Notes: generated by a model from the sequence alone, not told the origin. Shown: positions 7,098 through 17,106, numbered from the stretch's first letter. The stretch: DNA of 64,000 nt from Actinomycetota bacterium (GCA_036505215.1 DASXTW010000046.1:8471-72470); one strand, 5' to 3'. Translations and numbers: made by a program.

Positions 7098-9410
7098 ATG
7101 AGCACGCGGCCGGAAAGAGCGCACATCCGAGCCCTCGCCACCGGGTGGGGGTGGCTCGCCCTGCTCCGGCTCGGCCTGCTCGTGGCCATGGCGATCTACA
7201 CGGCCACCTACCGGGCTCTGCCCACCCATCCCGCGCCTGCCTTCGTCCGCCCCGCAGCGATCGCCGTGATGGCCTTCCTCGCCGTCCTGGTAGGAGTCCA
7301 GGTCGCTCCTCGGTTCCGCGATTCCAGGCAGGTAGCCATCGCCTGCTTCGCCGGGGACGCCATGGCTGTGCTCGGCACCCTGGCCCTGTATTCATTCGAT
7401 CCGCGCCGGTACCTGTTGGCACTCCAAGTGGTCGTGCAGGCGGAAGGGGGCATGCTCCTCGGGCTTCCCGGAGGTATCTATGCATGGGCCGCCACGAGTG
7501 CCGGGTACGCCGCCGTGGAGGCGGCTGCTGCTTCCGCCTCGAACACCTCCGCCAACGTCGTGGAGGTCACTCTGCGGATCGCTGTCGGGCTCCTTCTGGC
7601 ACTCGGCGGCGGCATCCTGTCTTCCGAGCTCTCCGGCGAACGGTCTCGCCGGCAAATCGAACGCGAGCAGGAGTTGAGGCGGCTTCAGGTGGCGGAGGCC
7701 AAGTACCGTCTGCTCGTCGAGCAGATCCCCGTGGTCACCTACATCGACGCGGTCGATCCGGACAGCTCGACGATCTACATGAGTCCTCAGGTCGAGGATT
7801 TGCTTGGGTATTCAGCAGAGGAGTGGATGGCCGACCCGAAGATGTGGGAAAAGGTCCTCCACCCCGAGGATCGCGAACGCGTGATGGCCGAGCACGTTCG
7901 GACCAACGCCACGGGGGAGCCATTCCGGGACGAATACCGTCTGATCGCCAAGGATGGCCGGGTGGTCTGGGTCCGTGACGAGGCATCCCTGGTCGCCGAC
8001 GACAAAGATGGCGAGAGATTCTGGCAGGGCGTCATCGTCGACATCACCGAACGCAAGCGGGCCGAGGAGCAGGTGGCTTTCCTCGCCTACCACGACAAGC
8101 TGACGGGTCTGCCCAACCGGGTGATGTTCGAACGGGTCCTCGATCTGGCCCTGGCTCGAGCCCGACGAAACGACCAGGCAGTCGCCGTCCTGTACCTCGA
8201 CCTGGACAACTTCAAGCTCGTGAACGACAGCCTGGGCCACGCTGCCGGCGACGAGCTGTTGCGCGAGATGGGGACCCGCCTGTCGGGGGCGGTCAGAGCC
8301 ACGGACGTGGTGGCCAGGCAGGGCGGTGACGAGTTCCTCGTTCTTCTGGCCGACATGGAGAAGGACCCTCGCGAGGGCGGGATGAGCGGCCTCACCCTGG
8401 CCCAGTCGGTAGCGTCGCGGATCCACGAGGCTCTGAAGAAGCCATTCGCTCTGTCCGGCACCGAGTTCTACATAACCACGAGCATCGGCATCAGCCTCTT
8501 CCCCGAGAGCGCCGGCGACGCACGGGCGCTGCTCAAGCAGGCGGACGCCGCGATGTACCGGACCAAACAGGGATCGCCGGGGGGCTCCATGGTGTACGCG
8601 TCGGAGAGGACCGATTCGCTCTCCAAGCTCTCGCTCACCACTCGCTTGCGCAAGGCGACCGACTCACGCGATTGGGTTCTGCACTACCAGCCCATCGTCG
8701 ACCTGCACAACCAGCAGATGGTGGCGGCGGAAGCACTCCTCAGGTGGCGGCAGCCGAGCGGCCGGCTGGTCGGCCCCGCCGACTTCATCCCTCTGGCTGA
8801 GGAAATGGGATTGATCGCTGCGATCGGCGATTGGGTGATCGAGGAGCTGTGCCGGCAGTGCCTGGCCTGGCGGGAGCAGCGGGTGCCGGTGGACGTGAGC
8901 TTCAATCTGTCCGCGCGGCAGCTGTGGCAGCAGGACGTCGTCGCCCGGCTCCTCGCCCAGGTCTCGGCCATGGGCGTGGAACCCTCTCACCTGGTGATCG
9001 AGATCGCGGAGTCGACCGCCATGCGGGATCCGGAACGCACCCAGCGGGTCCTGCATGAGCTGCACGAGCAAGGGTTTCGCCTGGCCATCGACGACTTCGG
9101 GACCGGCTACTCGTCCGTTGCGCGACTGAAGAACCTCCCCGTGGACATCCTGAAGATCGACGGGCGCTTCGTCCGGGACATCCCGAGCGATCCCGATGCG
9201 GCGAGCATGGTCAGGGCGGTCATCGGCCTGGCCCAGAGCCTGGCGATGAAGCCGCTCGCCGAGGGCATCGAGAGCGAGGAGCAGCTTCGCTATCTGCTCG
9301 ATCACGGCTGCGCCCTGGGGCAGGGATTCCACTTCAGCCCGCCCGTTCCAGCGGACGAGCTCACGCGCAGGGTCCGTGAGGAGGGTCTGAGAGTCTCGGC
9401 CGCTCGGTAG
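7098..9410 (+). CDS. Membrane sensor diguanylate cyclase/phosphodiesterase (TM-PAS-GGDEF-EAL), paralog of 4602..6965
   Basis: Several N-terminal TM helices, then PAS, GGDEF (RQGGDEFLV) and EAL domains. About 70% identical to the divergent neighbour across PAS-GGDEF-EAL. Start at MSTRPE. Confidence 0.9.
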   Translation: MSTRPERAHIRALATGWGWLALLRLGLLVAMAIYTATYRALPTHPAPAFVRPAAIAVMAFLAVLVGVQVAPRFRDSRQVAIACFAGDAMAVLGTLALYSFDPRRYLLALQVVVQAEGGMLLGLPGGIYAWAATSAGYAAVEAAAASASNTSANVVEVTLRIAVGLLLALGGGILSSELSGERSRRQIEREQELRRLQVAEAKYRLLVEQIPVVTYIDAVDPDSSTIYMSPQVEDLLGYSAEEWMADPKMWEKVLHPEDRERVMAEHVRTNATGEPFRDEYRLIAKDGRVVWVRDEASLVADDKDGERFWQGVIVDITERKRAEEQVAFLAYHDKLTGLPNRVMFERVLDLALARARRNDQAVAVLYLDLDNFKLVNDSLGHAAGDELLREMGTRLSGAVRATDVVARQGGDEFLVLLADMEKDPREGGMSGLTLAQSVASRIHEALKKPFALSGTEFYITTSIGISLFPESAGDARALLKQADAAMYRTKQGSPGGSMVYASERTDSLSKLSLTTRLRKATDSRDWVLHYQPIVDLHNQQMVAAEALLRWRQPSGRLVGPADFIPLAEEMGLIAAIGDWVIEELCRQCLAWREQRVPVDVSFNLSARQLWQQDVVARLLAQVSAMGVEPSHLVIEIAESTAMRDPERTQRVLHELHEQGFRLAIDDFGTGYSSVARLKNLPVDILKIDGRFVRDIPSDPDAASMVRAVIGLAQSLAMKPLAEGIESEEQLRYLLDHGCALGQGFHFSPPVPADELTRRVREEGLRVSAAR

Positions 9411-9462
9411 AGCGCCGGGTCAAGAGCGGTCCTCGCCCCTGTCGGGGCGGGCGCTATTTCTC
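9411..9462. terminator. Bidirectional intrinsic-terminator-like hairpin between convergent genes
   Basis: cgcccc-tgtc-ggggcg stem-loop flanked by an outer agcgcc/ggcgct stem, followed by tatttct. Sits in the 43-nt gap between the convergent stop codons. Confidence 0.5.
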
Positions 9463-10302
9463 GGTGTGTCCGGGACCGCGCTTGTGGTGTTTCCTGTGCT
9501 TCCGGTGCGACCGCTTCTCGTGGGAGCGGCCGCGCGACGCCGTTGCCTCCTGGTCCGGCTTGTGGCGGTGGCCATGTCCCCGCCCACGACCATGTGAGGC
9601 TCCCTGCGACGCATGGGAGGAACCCTTGGCGGGTCCGTGCTTACGGCCATCGTGCTTGAGCTCTCCCTCGTGCCGGCCGCGCTGGTGCGCGTCCAACCTG
9701 TGCAGGAGCTTCTCGAGCAGCTTCAACCGCTCCGCGCACGTCGGGTCGGCCAGGCAGGCCGCCCGCATCGACAGTAGCGTGGAGAGCTCAGCCTGGATCA
9801 GCCTGGCATCCTCCGGCGAGAGTCTCCTCGTCCGGTTCGAGAGGATCGTCGTGAGCTGCCCTATGAGGGTCTTGGTGAGCGCTCGTAGGGTCAGCGTCGG
9901 AGGCAACGTCGGAGACTCCCCTCCTCCCGGAGGAGGTTCTCCGGGAGGCACCGGGGGCACCGACCCTGGTCCTCCCGGGCCCACGGAGCCTGGCCCGGGC
10001 GGGGCGCCGGAGCGTGGCCGCTGCAGGGCGACGGCCACCGGCACGTTCGGAGGCCTGTTTCCGGATGGCTTCCCGAGCCAGGGAACGACCGGACGGATCA
10101 GGCGCTCGATCGGACTGAGGGCCGCCTCCAGGGGATGGGGGAGCTTGAGCGGCAGCCGGGCGACCTTGGACAGGGGGAAGGAAAGGATGGCCATGATTCC
10201 GAAGCTCGTCGCGATGAACAGGGCGACGGCCACTTGCTTGCCCCTGTTCCCGTTCAGCGGCGAGCGATCCGAGCCATTCGCGGGCTCATGCGAACGCGCC
10301 AT
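9454..10302 (-). CDS. Hypothetical membrane-anchored Pro-rich protein with His/Arg/Lys-rich C-terminal tail
   Basis: High GC3 throughout. One TM helix (AVALFIATSFGIMAILSF), a Pro/Gly-rich linker, a helical region, then the tail HGRGRGHGHRHK...RSHRKHRKHHKRG. Start at MARSHE. No recognisable family. Confidence 0.5.
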   Translation of the reverse strand: MARSHEPANGSDRSPLNGNRGKQVAVALFIATSFGIMAILSFPLSKVARLPLKLPHPLEAALSPIERLIRPVVPWLGKPSGNRPPNVPVAVALQRPRSGAPPGPGSVGPGGPGSVPPVPPGEPPPGGGESPTLPPTLTLRALTKTLIGQLTTILSNRTRRLSPEDARLIQAELSTLLSMRAACLADPTCAERLKLLEKLLHRLDAHQRGRHEGELKHDGRKHGPAKGSSHASQGASHGRGRGHGHRHKPDQEATASRGRSHEKRSHRKHRKHHKRGPGHTEK

Positions 10303-10382
10303 TACATCCTCCCCTGAGGCAAAGCTTCCCCCTGGCTCCCATAGAGGGTATCGGCATTCATTGGGTTCCACCTTGAACGCGC

Positions 10383-12488
10383 ATGCTTGGGGCCCGCCGG
10401 ACCCGGGTAACAACGGCTCGAGTGGCGCTTCCGATCCGACGCGGAGAGGCGGACCGAGGCTTTGTCGATCCTCCTCGCATATGGCTGGTACCAGGCAGAC
10501 GAACCCACCGGCCCCTCACTGAGCTGGCCCAGTTCTGCCTGTTGCCCCTGGGACTGGCGCTTGCCTTGCTGCTCTTCGCCCTGACCTTCCAGGGCACGAT
10601 CGGAATGCCGCTCTCACGCTTCGTCCATACATACACGGACATCCCCCTGCCCAAAGCCCCTCCGTTGCCCCAGACCACCTATGTCTACGACCGGGACGGG
10701 CGCCTGATCACGACCCTGCACGCCGGAGTGAACCGTACCGAGGTCCCGTTGTCCAAGATATCCGACAACCTGAAGGAAGCGGTAATCGCCCTGGAGGACA
10801 AGGACTTCTACGGGGAGAGCGGGGTGAACTTCTCCTCGATCGCCCGAGCGGCCCTGGTCAACCTGCGGAACGGCCGGGTGGAACAGGGCGGTTCCACTAT
10901 CACGCAGCAGTACGTCAAGAACGTGTACACAGGCGGACAGCGGACCATCTCCCGAAAGATCAAGGAAGCGATTCTCGCCCAGAAGCTCTCCCACCTGTAT
11001 ACCAAGGACCAGATCCTTTCGAAGTACTTGAACTCGGTGTACTTCGGCCGGGGCGCCTACGGGGCGGAGGCCGCTGCGCTCACGTACTTCGGGGTCCACG
11101 CCAGCAAGCTCACCATTCGGCAGGCGGGCCTCCTGGCGGGGCTCATCCGGGCTCCCGCACGCTACGACCCCAGCCGGGATCCGGCAGGGGCGAAGGTGCG
11201 GCGGGACATGGCGCTGGAGGCGATGGCCCAGCAGGGCTACATCACTTGGGACGAAGCACAGAGCGCCATGTCCAAGCCGATCAAGCTGAAGAAGGCCAAG
11301 CCGGGGACCACGCCGGCCGCCTACTTCATGGACTACGTGCGCCGGGAGCTCCAGGACCAGTTCGGGTATTCCGGCACGTTCACCGGTGGGCTCCAGGTCA
11401 CGACAACCCTCGACTGGAGCATGCAACATGCGGCGGAGCGGGCTATCGCCACCAACCTCCGTGATCCCGGCGACCCGGCCGCGGCGCTCGTCGCCATCGA
11501 CCCGAGAAGCGGGGAGGTCCAGGCGCTGGTCGGCGGGAGGAACTTCAATCGGGCCAAGTTCAATCTGGCCACCCAGGCTCACCGCCAGACGGGGAGCGCG
11601 TTCAAACCCTTCACGTTGGTGACGGCGTTCCAACAGCACATCGATCCCCACTCCGTGATGACGGGTCCGTCGCACCTGACCATCCCCGACCCGCGCTGCC
11701 GGGACCCGAAGAAGGGAGACTGGGAAGTCAGCAACTACGCCGACGAGTCCGCGGGGACCATGACGCTGCTCTCGGCCATAGCTCACTCGGTGAACACGAT
11801 CTTTGCTCAGCTCGTCGTGGACGTTGGCCCGGACAAGGTCGCCGCGACCGCTGGGAGGATGGGCATTACATCTCGACTGGCCGGTGTCTGCTCCATCACG
11901 CTGGGCTCACAGCCCGTTACGCCCCTGGACATGACGACTGCGTACGCCACGCTGGCCGCCCGGGGCGTTCGGCACTGGCCGCAGGCGCTCGCGGAGGTCA
12001 AGGATCCCTCCGGCAAGGTGATCGCGCAGCCGAGCACGAAGGGCAGGCGCGTCCTCGACCGCAACGTGGCCGACCTCGCCACCTTCGCCCTTCAAGGGGT
12101 CATCCAGAGTGGAACCGGGACGGCGGCCAACATCGGGCGGCCTGCCGCCGGCAAGACCGGGACTGCCCAGAACTATCAGGATGCCTGGTTCTGCGGCTAC
12201 GTCCCCCAGCTCACCGCCTGCGTCTGGATGGGATACCCCAAGACCGAGGATCGCCCGATGGAGAACGTGGAGGGCTTCTACCACGTGTTCGGCGGCTCTC
12301 TTCCCGCGATGATCTGGCACGACTTCATGGCCAGGGCGCTCCAGGGAACCCCGGTAGCCGACTTCGCCGCTCCCAGCTTCAGCGGGTTCAACGAGCAGCC
12401 GGAGCGGGTCGTCCCGCTCCCCCCGCCTCCGAAGCCGACGCCGAGCCCGCCATGCAAGCCCAAGCCGAAGTGCAAACCGGGCGATTGA
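10383..12488 (+). CDS. ponA: Class A penicillin-binding protein (transglycosylase/transpeptidase, PBP1A-type)
   Basis: TM anchor, GT51 motifs (EDKDFY, GGSTITQQ), a transpeptidase domain, and a Pro/Lys/Cys-rich C-terminal tail. Confidence 0.9.
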   Translation: MLGARRTRVTTARVALPIRRGEADRGFVDPPRIWLVPGRRTHRPLTELAQFCLLPLGLALALLLFALTFQGTIGMPLSRFVHTYTDIPLPKAPPLPQTTYVYDRDGRLITTLHAGVNRTEVPLSKISDNLKEAVIALEDKDFYGESGVNFSSIARAALVNLRNGRVEQGGSTITQQYVKNVYTGGQRTISRKIKEAILAQKLSHLYTKDQILSKYLNSVYFGRGAYGAEAAALTYFGVHASKLTIRQAGLLAGLIRAPARYDPSRDPAGAKVRRDMALEAMAQQGYITWDEAQSAMSKPIKLKKAKPGTTPAAYFMDYVRRELQDQFGYSGTFTGGLQVTTTLDWSMQHAAERAIATNLRDPGDPAAALVAIDPRSGEVQALVGGRNFNRAKFNLATQAHRQTGSAFKPFTLVTAFQQHIDPHSVMTGPSHLTIPDPRCRDPKKGDWEVSNYADESAGTMTLLSAIAHSVNTIFAQLVVDVGPDKVAATAGRMGITSRLAGVCSITLGSQPVTPLDMTTAYATLAARGVRHWPQALAEVKDPSGKVIAQPSTKGRRVLDRNVADLATFALQGVIQSGTGTAANIGRPAAGKTGTAQNYQDAWFCGYVPQLTACVWMGYPKTEDRPMENVEGFYHVFGGSLPAMIWHDFMARALQGTPVADFAAPSFSGFNEQPERVVPLPPPPKPTPSPPCKPKPKCKPGD

Positions 12489-12560
12489 ACCACGGCCGTC
12501 AGCGAGCCGCCCGATCACCGCGTGATTGAACGGCCATCCCGGCCGGTTTATAGATAGCCG

Positions 12561-13097
12561 ATGCCTCCACCGACGGGGTCGCGCCGCTCGCGGTCGACCG
12601 ATCCCAACCCCACGACACTTCGAGCGCTACGGCGATCTCGCTTGGGTCGCCGCATCCTGCTCGCCATCCTGACGCTGTTCATCCTACTCGGCGCGAGCAG
12701 CCTCCTCGGAGCGCACACTTCCACCCGTGAGGCGTCGGGGGGCGGCTACGACCTGAAGCTCGTCTATCCCGCGGTGACGCGGCCGGGGTTGGCGGTTCGG
12801 TGGATCCTGTTCATCCACCGAGCCGAGGGATTCAAAGGCCCGGTCCGGGTGGCCACCACGAGCACCTACTTCAACCTGTTCGATTTCAACAACCTCGATC
12901 CAATGCCTTCCAAGTCGATGACCTCGAGTGAACTCTCCATCTGGGAGTTCGACCCGCCGGTCGGCGACACGTTGCGGATCACCTTCGACGCCCGGCTCGA
13001 GCCGGCCCGTCAGCACGGGAGCATGGCCACCACTTCCATCCTCGAGAACGACCTCCCGGTCGTCTCGATCCACTACCAGACGAGGGTGATGCCCTGA
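12561..13097 (+). CDS. Hypothetical membrane-anchored protein
   Basis: Basic N-terminus, one TM helix, then a 130-aa soluble domain. Stop overlaps the start of the DUF421 gene (TGATG). High GC3. Confidence 0.5.
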   Translation: MPPPTGSRRSRSTDPNPTTLRALRRSRLGRRILLAILTLFILLGASSLLGAHTSTREASGGGYDLKLVYPAVTRPGLAVRWILFIHRAEGFKGPVRVATTSTYFNLFDFNNLDPMPSKSMTSSELSIWEFDPPVGDTLRITFDARLEPARQHGSMATTSILENDLPVVSIHYQTRVMP

Positions 13098-13576
13098 TGG
13101 AGATCGTCGTCAGGACCGTCGTGATCTTCTTCTTCGTCCTCCTCCTCACCCGAGCGATGGGAAAGAAGGAGCTCTCCGAGCTCACGGCTTTCGAGCTGAT
13201 CCTCCTGGTCACCATCGGCGACCTGGTGCAACAGGGGGTCACGCAGGAGGACCAGTCCCTGACCGGAGCCATCCTGGCCGTCGGCACTCTCGGCTTGCTG
13301 ATCGTCTCTCTCTCCTACCTGAGCTACCGATGGCGGCCGATCCGCCGGGTCATCCGGGGCATCGCGGTGGTGGTGGTCAGGGATGGGCGGCCGATCGAGG
13401 ACGCGATGAAGCTGGAGCGCCTGACCATCGACGACGTGATCGAGAGCGCCCGACAACAAGGCATCGACGACCTGGGGAAGGTGAAACTTGCCGTCCTCGA
13501 GCCCGACGGGAAGTTCTCATTCATCCAGCGTGACGGCCGGCAGGAGCACGAGGACGCGGGGAAGAAAACCGTGTGA
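13097..13576 (+). CDS. DUF421 (YetF-like) membrane protein
   Basis: N-terminal TM pair and MGKKELSELTAFELILLVTIGD motif typical of DUF421/YetF-family proteins. Confidence 0.75.
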   Translation: MEIVVRTVVIFFFVLLLTRAMGKKELSELTAFELILLVTIGDLVQQGVTQEDQSLTGAILAVGTLGLLIVSLSYLSYRWRPIRRVIRGIAVVVVRDGRPIEDAMKLERLTIDDVIESARQQGIDDLGKVKLAVLEPDGKFSFIQRDGRQEHEDAGKKTV

Positions 13577-13602
13577 GCGGTTTCGTCGGGCAGCTGCCGG
13601 CC

Positions 13603-14874
13603 TCAGGCCGAGGGCTCGAGGATCCAGAGCGACTCGGGCAGGTACGGGTGGAGGGCCTCCGGTAGCGCCACCGAGCCATCCTCGCGCTGTCCGTTCTCCA
13701 GGATGGCAATGAGCGTTCGGCCGATGGCGCAGAGGGTTCCGTTGACCGTGTGCACGGGTCGGTTGCCCTCCGAGAGCCGAACCCGGACCTCCAGGCGGCG
13801 GGCCTGAAAGTCGGTGGTGTTCGACGTCGAGGTGATCTCCCGGTACCGGCCCTGGCCGGGCATCCAGGCCTCGATGTCGAACTTCCTGGCCGCGGAAGCC
13901 CCCAGGTCGCCGATGCACGTGTCCACCACTCGGTACGGGATGCCGAGTGCCTGGACCCACTCCTCCTCGAAGGCGAGGAACTGCTCGTGCTCGGCCCGCG
14001 ATGAGTCGGGGAGGACGAAGCTGAACATCTCCAGCTTGTCGAATTGGTGGACCCGAAAGATCCCCCTTGTGTCCTTCCCGTAGGAACCGGCCTCTCGCCG
14101 GAAGCACGTCGAGTAGCCCACGTAGCGGCGCGGCAGGCGGTCGTGTTCGAGGATCTCGTGGGCGTGGAACGCAGCCAGAGGGACCTCGGCGGTCCCAACC
14201 AGGTACAGGTCGTCCTCGCGGGTTGCGTAGATGTTGACGGCATCGGTGGGGAAGAAGCCGGTCCCGAACATCGCCTCCTCCCGAACCAGGACCGGAGGAA
14301 CGATGGGGGAGAATCCCCGGGCCTCGGCGAACTCCAGGCCGAGTTGGACCAGGGCGAACTGGATCCGCACGGCAGGGCCGGTCAGATAGGCGAATCGCGC
14401 ACCCGAGGTTCGAACCCCTCGGTCGATCTCGATCAGCCCGAGTGACTGTCCGATCTCGACATGGTCCTTCGCGTCGAACCCGAAGGAAGGTGGTTCGCCC
14501 CACCGCCTGATCTCGACGTTGTCCTCCTCGGTCTCCCCCTCCGGGACGCCCTCGTCGGGGACATTGGGCAGGCGGGCCAGCACGGTGGTCAGGCCGTCCT
14601 CGCTCCGAGCAAGGTCCGGCTCGAGGGCGCCCAGAGCTACAGAGACCGAGCGGAGGCGCTGGATGACGGCATCACGTTCCTCGTCGGTCGCGGCCGCTTT
14701 GATCTCCTTGGACCCGCGGTTCTGCTCGGCCCGGAGCTCGTCGACCTGTACGGTCAGCTTCCGGCGCTCCTCGTCCAGGACGAGGGCACGATCGAGCTCC
14801 TCCACGGCCCCGCGCCTGGCCATGGCTTTCCGAAAGGGCTCCGGATCCTCCCTGATGGCCTTCAGATCGAGCAA
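13603..14874 (-). CDS. serS: Seryl-tRNA synthetase
   Basis: Full-length class II aaRS. N-terminal coiled-coil arm and catalytic core motifs (FRREAGS, GTLCAIGRTL). Confidence 0.95.
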   Translation of the reverse strand: MLDLKAIREDPEPFRKAMARRGAVEELDRALVLDEERRKLTVQVDELRAEQNRGSKEIKAAATDEERDAVIQRLRSVSVALGALEPDLARSEDGLTTVLARLPNVPDEGVPEGETEEDNVEIRRWGEPPSFGFDAKDHVEIGQSLGLIEIDRGVRTSGARFAYLTGPAVRIQFALVQLGLEFAEARGFSPIVPPVLVREEAMFGTGFFPTDAVNIYATREDDLYLVGTAEVPLAAFHAHEILEHDRLPRRYVGYSTCFRREAGSYGKDTRGIFRVHQFDKLEMFSFVLPDSSRAEHEQFLAFEEEWVQALGIPYRVVDTCIGDLGASAARKFDIEAWMPGQGRYREITSTSNTTDFQARRLEVRVRLSEGNRPVHTVNGTLCAIGRTLIAILENGQREDGSVALPEALHPYLPESLWILEPSA

Positions 14875-14879
14875 GGCAA

Positions 14880-15383
14880 CTAACGGGTCCGGGCCACGGC
14901 GTCTCCGGAGAACGCGCCCTCACCGTCGGCGGAAGAGTCCATGCGAGCGGTCACCTGGCCTCGGCCCGCAGTTCCGCCCTGGGCCCCCTGTTGGTCCATG
15001 ATCGACTGTCCGGAGAAGATGGCCCCCTCCGCGATCGCCAGGACCTTCGAAGTGATGTTCCCGTCCACCCGGCCGCCCTTGGCCAGCTCGGCCTTGTTCT
15101 TCACCATGATGTTGCCCTTGAAGCGCCCGGCCACGGTGGCGTTCTGCGCGTCGATGTCGGCCTCCACCTGGCTCTGCGACGAGAGCACCACGTCGCCGTC
15201 GGCGTTGATCTTCCCCTTGACCTGGCCGTCGATCCGAAGAGAGCCGGCCGAGACCAGCGTCCCTTCGATTCGAGCGCCCTGCCCGATCACAGTGACCTCG
15301 GATCCAGGTGTCTCCTTCACGAGAACCTCCTTCGGATCGATGGGCTCTTGACGTCTCTCCTCTCCTTCACCCCGCCTGAACAT
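14880..15383 (-). CDS. Bactofilin (polymer-forming cytoskeletal protein)
   Basis: Repetitive beta-helical bactofilin/DUF583 core (IEGTLVSAGSLRIDGQVKGKINADGDV...) with disordered termini. Confidence 0.8.
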   Translation of the reverse strand: MFRRGEGEERRQEPIDPKEVLVKETPGSEVTVIGQGARIEGTLVSAGSLRIDGQVKGKINADGDVVLSSQSQVEADIDAQNATVAGRFKGNIMVKNKAELAKGGRVDGNITSKVLAIAEGAIFSGQSIMDQQGAQGGTAGRGQVTARMDSSADGEGAFSGDAVARTR

Positions 15384-15924
15384 CTCTCACCCCTCCCTCA
15401 TCTCCTCCCCGGACCCCCTTATCTCGGTAGTCCGCCTGGACCTCCTGATCTCTGGTCGACAGAGCCTCTTGGATAGCCTGCCTCTCCTCGTCCGAGAGGT
15501 TGTGGGCACTGGCCCCGCCGCTCACCCGCTTCGCATAGCACCGTGTGTCCTGGCGTCCGTTGATCGAGGTGATCACGACCCCGTCCCCGTGCCCGTCGAG
15601 GAGGGCCGCAGAGAAGGACAGTCGCCCGCCCATGTCCTCGAAGGCGTCGAATCGCACCAGCCCGATGTGGCGGATGGACTCATCGGCGAGCCCACCGAGA
15701 TGGCGCTCCCCCAGGGCGAGCTTGCGGGCGGCTCCCTCCAGGCGTTCGATGGCCTTGGCCTGCTCCTCCAGCAGGACCGCGACCTTGCGGCTGCTGGGAA
15801 GACCCGACCGCACTCTGCTGCGCCGCCCTCTGACAGCGGCGGGAACGAGGACCACGATGACCAGGATCATCAGGACCAGGGTCAACAGGACCAGCACGGA
15901 AAGGGTCGAATTGGAGAAGTGCAT
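15367..15924 (-). CDS. Membrane-anchored protein of unknown function (resembles DUF4446)
   Basis: N-terminal TM helix then a soluble domain. 17-nt overlap with the bactofilin start suggests co-transcription. The family assignment is from memory only. Confidence 0.5.
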   Translation of the reverse strand: MHFSNSTLSVLVLLTLVLMILVIVVLVPAAVRGRRSRVRSGLPSSRKVAVLLEEQAKAIERLEGAARKLALGERHLGGLADESIRHIGLVRFDAFEDMGGRLSFSAALLDGHGDGVVITSINGRQDTRCYAKRVSGGASAHNLSDEERQAIQEALSTRDQEVQADYRDKGVRGGDEGGVRDVQAG

Positions 15925-16067
15925 CGGTCCTTATCGGGGAAGGTGGACGTGGTTCCTATGTGAGGCGAAGTATACGATGGGGCTCCTCACGAATCCGGGA
16001 AGGAGGTCACGGTGATTCCTGCCGCTCCTTCGCCAACGCACGCGAGATCACCTCGAAGGTTCGTGTA

Positions 16068-17093
16068 GTGCGCCTCGCCTACTTCGACTGCTTCTCCGGC
16101 ATCTCGGGAGACATGGCTCTTGGGGCGCTGGTCCACGCCGGCGCCGACCTCGACGAGATCCACGAGGCTCTGTCTGCCTTCCCCATCGACGACTTCGACC
16201 TGGCCGCAGAGGAGGTCGATGTCCGCGGTATGCCCGCCCTCACCGTTCACGTCCACGCCGGCCCTCAGGGAGTCATCCGGACCTGGTCCAGCCTACGGTC
16301 GCTGCTCGACGAGGCGGACCTGCCGGCCGGGCCTCGGCAGACCGCCCATCGCATGTACCATCGCCTGGCCCACGCGGCCGCGACGGTGCACGGCAAGGAT
16401 GCCGAGCTGGTCACCTTCCACGAATTCGGAGACGTCGATTGCCTGGTCTCGTTCGTCGGCTGCGCCCTGGCCATGGAGATGCTCGGGGTGGACAGGGTCT
16501 TCGCGTCACCGGTACCCACCGGCATGGGCATGGTCCGGACCGAGCACGGGATCATGCCGATCCCCTCTCCGGTCGTCATGGAGCTGCTCCAGGGCGTCCC
16601 GACCTACTCACGGGGCGTGCCGGTCGAGCTAGTGACTCCAACGGGTGCAGCCATCCTGTCGGCTGTCTCGGAGGGGTATGGGGACATGCCCATGATGCGC
16701 GCGGACCACGTGGGCTACGGAGCCGGACCCCTCCGGCCGGACTTCCCCAACGTTCTGCGGGTGGTGGTCGGCGAGGAGCAACGGGCCGGGACGGGAGCGC
16801 GGGTCGCAGTGACACTCCCGGACCTGCTTGCTCAAGGCGACGTGATGATCCAGACCACCCTCGATGAGTGGAGTGCCGAACGATCCGAGCGGCTCCTCGA
16901 CGAACTGGCCGAGTCGGGCGCCTCGGATGCATGGATCACCTCAGTGGTGGGCCGTGGGGGCCGGCCGCACCTCCTGGTTTCGGCCGTGGCTCCCGCTGAG
17001 CGGCGAGATCAAGTGATGGGGTGTCTGCGCGACTCCGGCATCGGGGGCGAGATCAGAATCAGCCCCGTCTCTACCGCTCCCAGCACCGATTAG
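16068..17093 (+). CDS. larC: LarC-family nickel insertion protein (UPF0272/DUF111)
   Basis: N-terminus RLAYFDCFSGISGDM and overall length match LarC. GTG start chosen at 16068. Confidence 0.8.
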   Translation: MRLAYFDCFSGISGDMALGALVHAGADLDEIHEALSAFPIDDFDLAAEEVDVRGMPALTVHVHAGPQGVIRTWSSLRSLLDEADLPAGPRQTAHRMYHRLAHAAATVHGKDAELVTFHEFGDVDCLVSFVGCALAMEMLGVDRVFASPVPTGMGMVRTEHGIMPIPSPVVMELLQGVPTYSRGVPVELVTPTGAAILSAVSEGYGDMPMMRADHVGYGAGPLRPDFPNVLRVVVGEEQRAGTGARVAVTLPDLLAQGDVMIQTTLDEWSAERSERLLDELAESGASDAWITSVVGRGGRPHLLVSAVAPAERRDQVMGCLRDSGIGGEIRISPVSTAPSTD

Positions 17094-17106
17094 GCCAGGA
17101 CACGGG

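Noticed and set aside
10614-11786. 390-aa minus-strand ORF
   Set aside because: It is antisense to the class A PBP gene. It is a shadow ORF.
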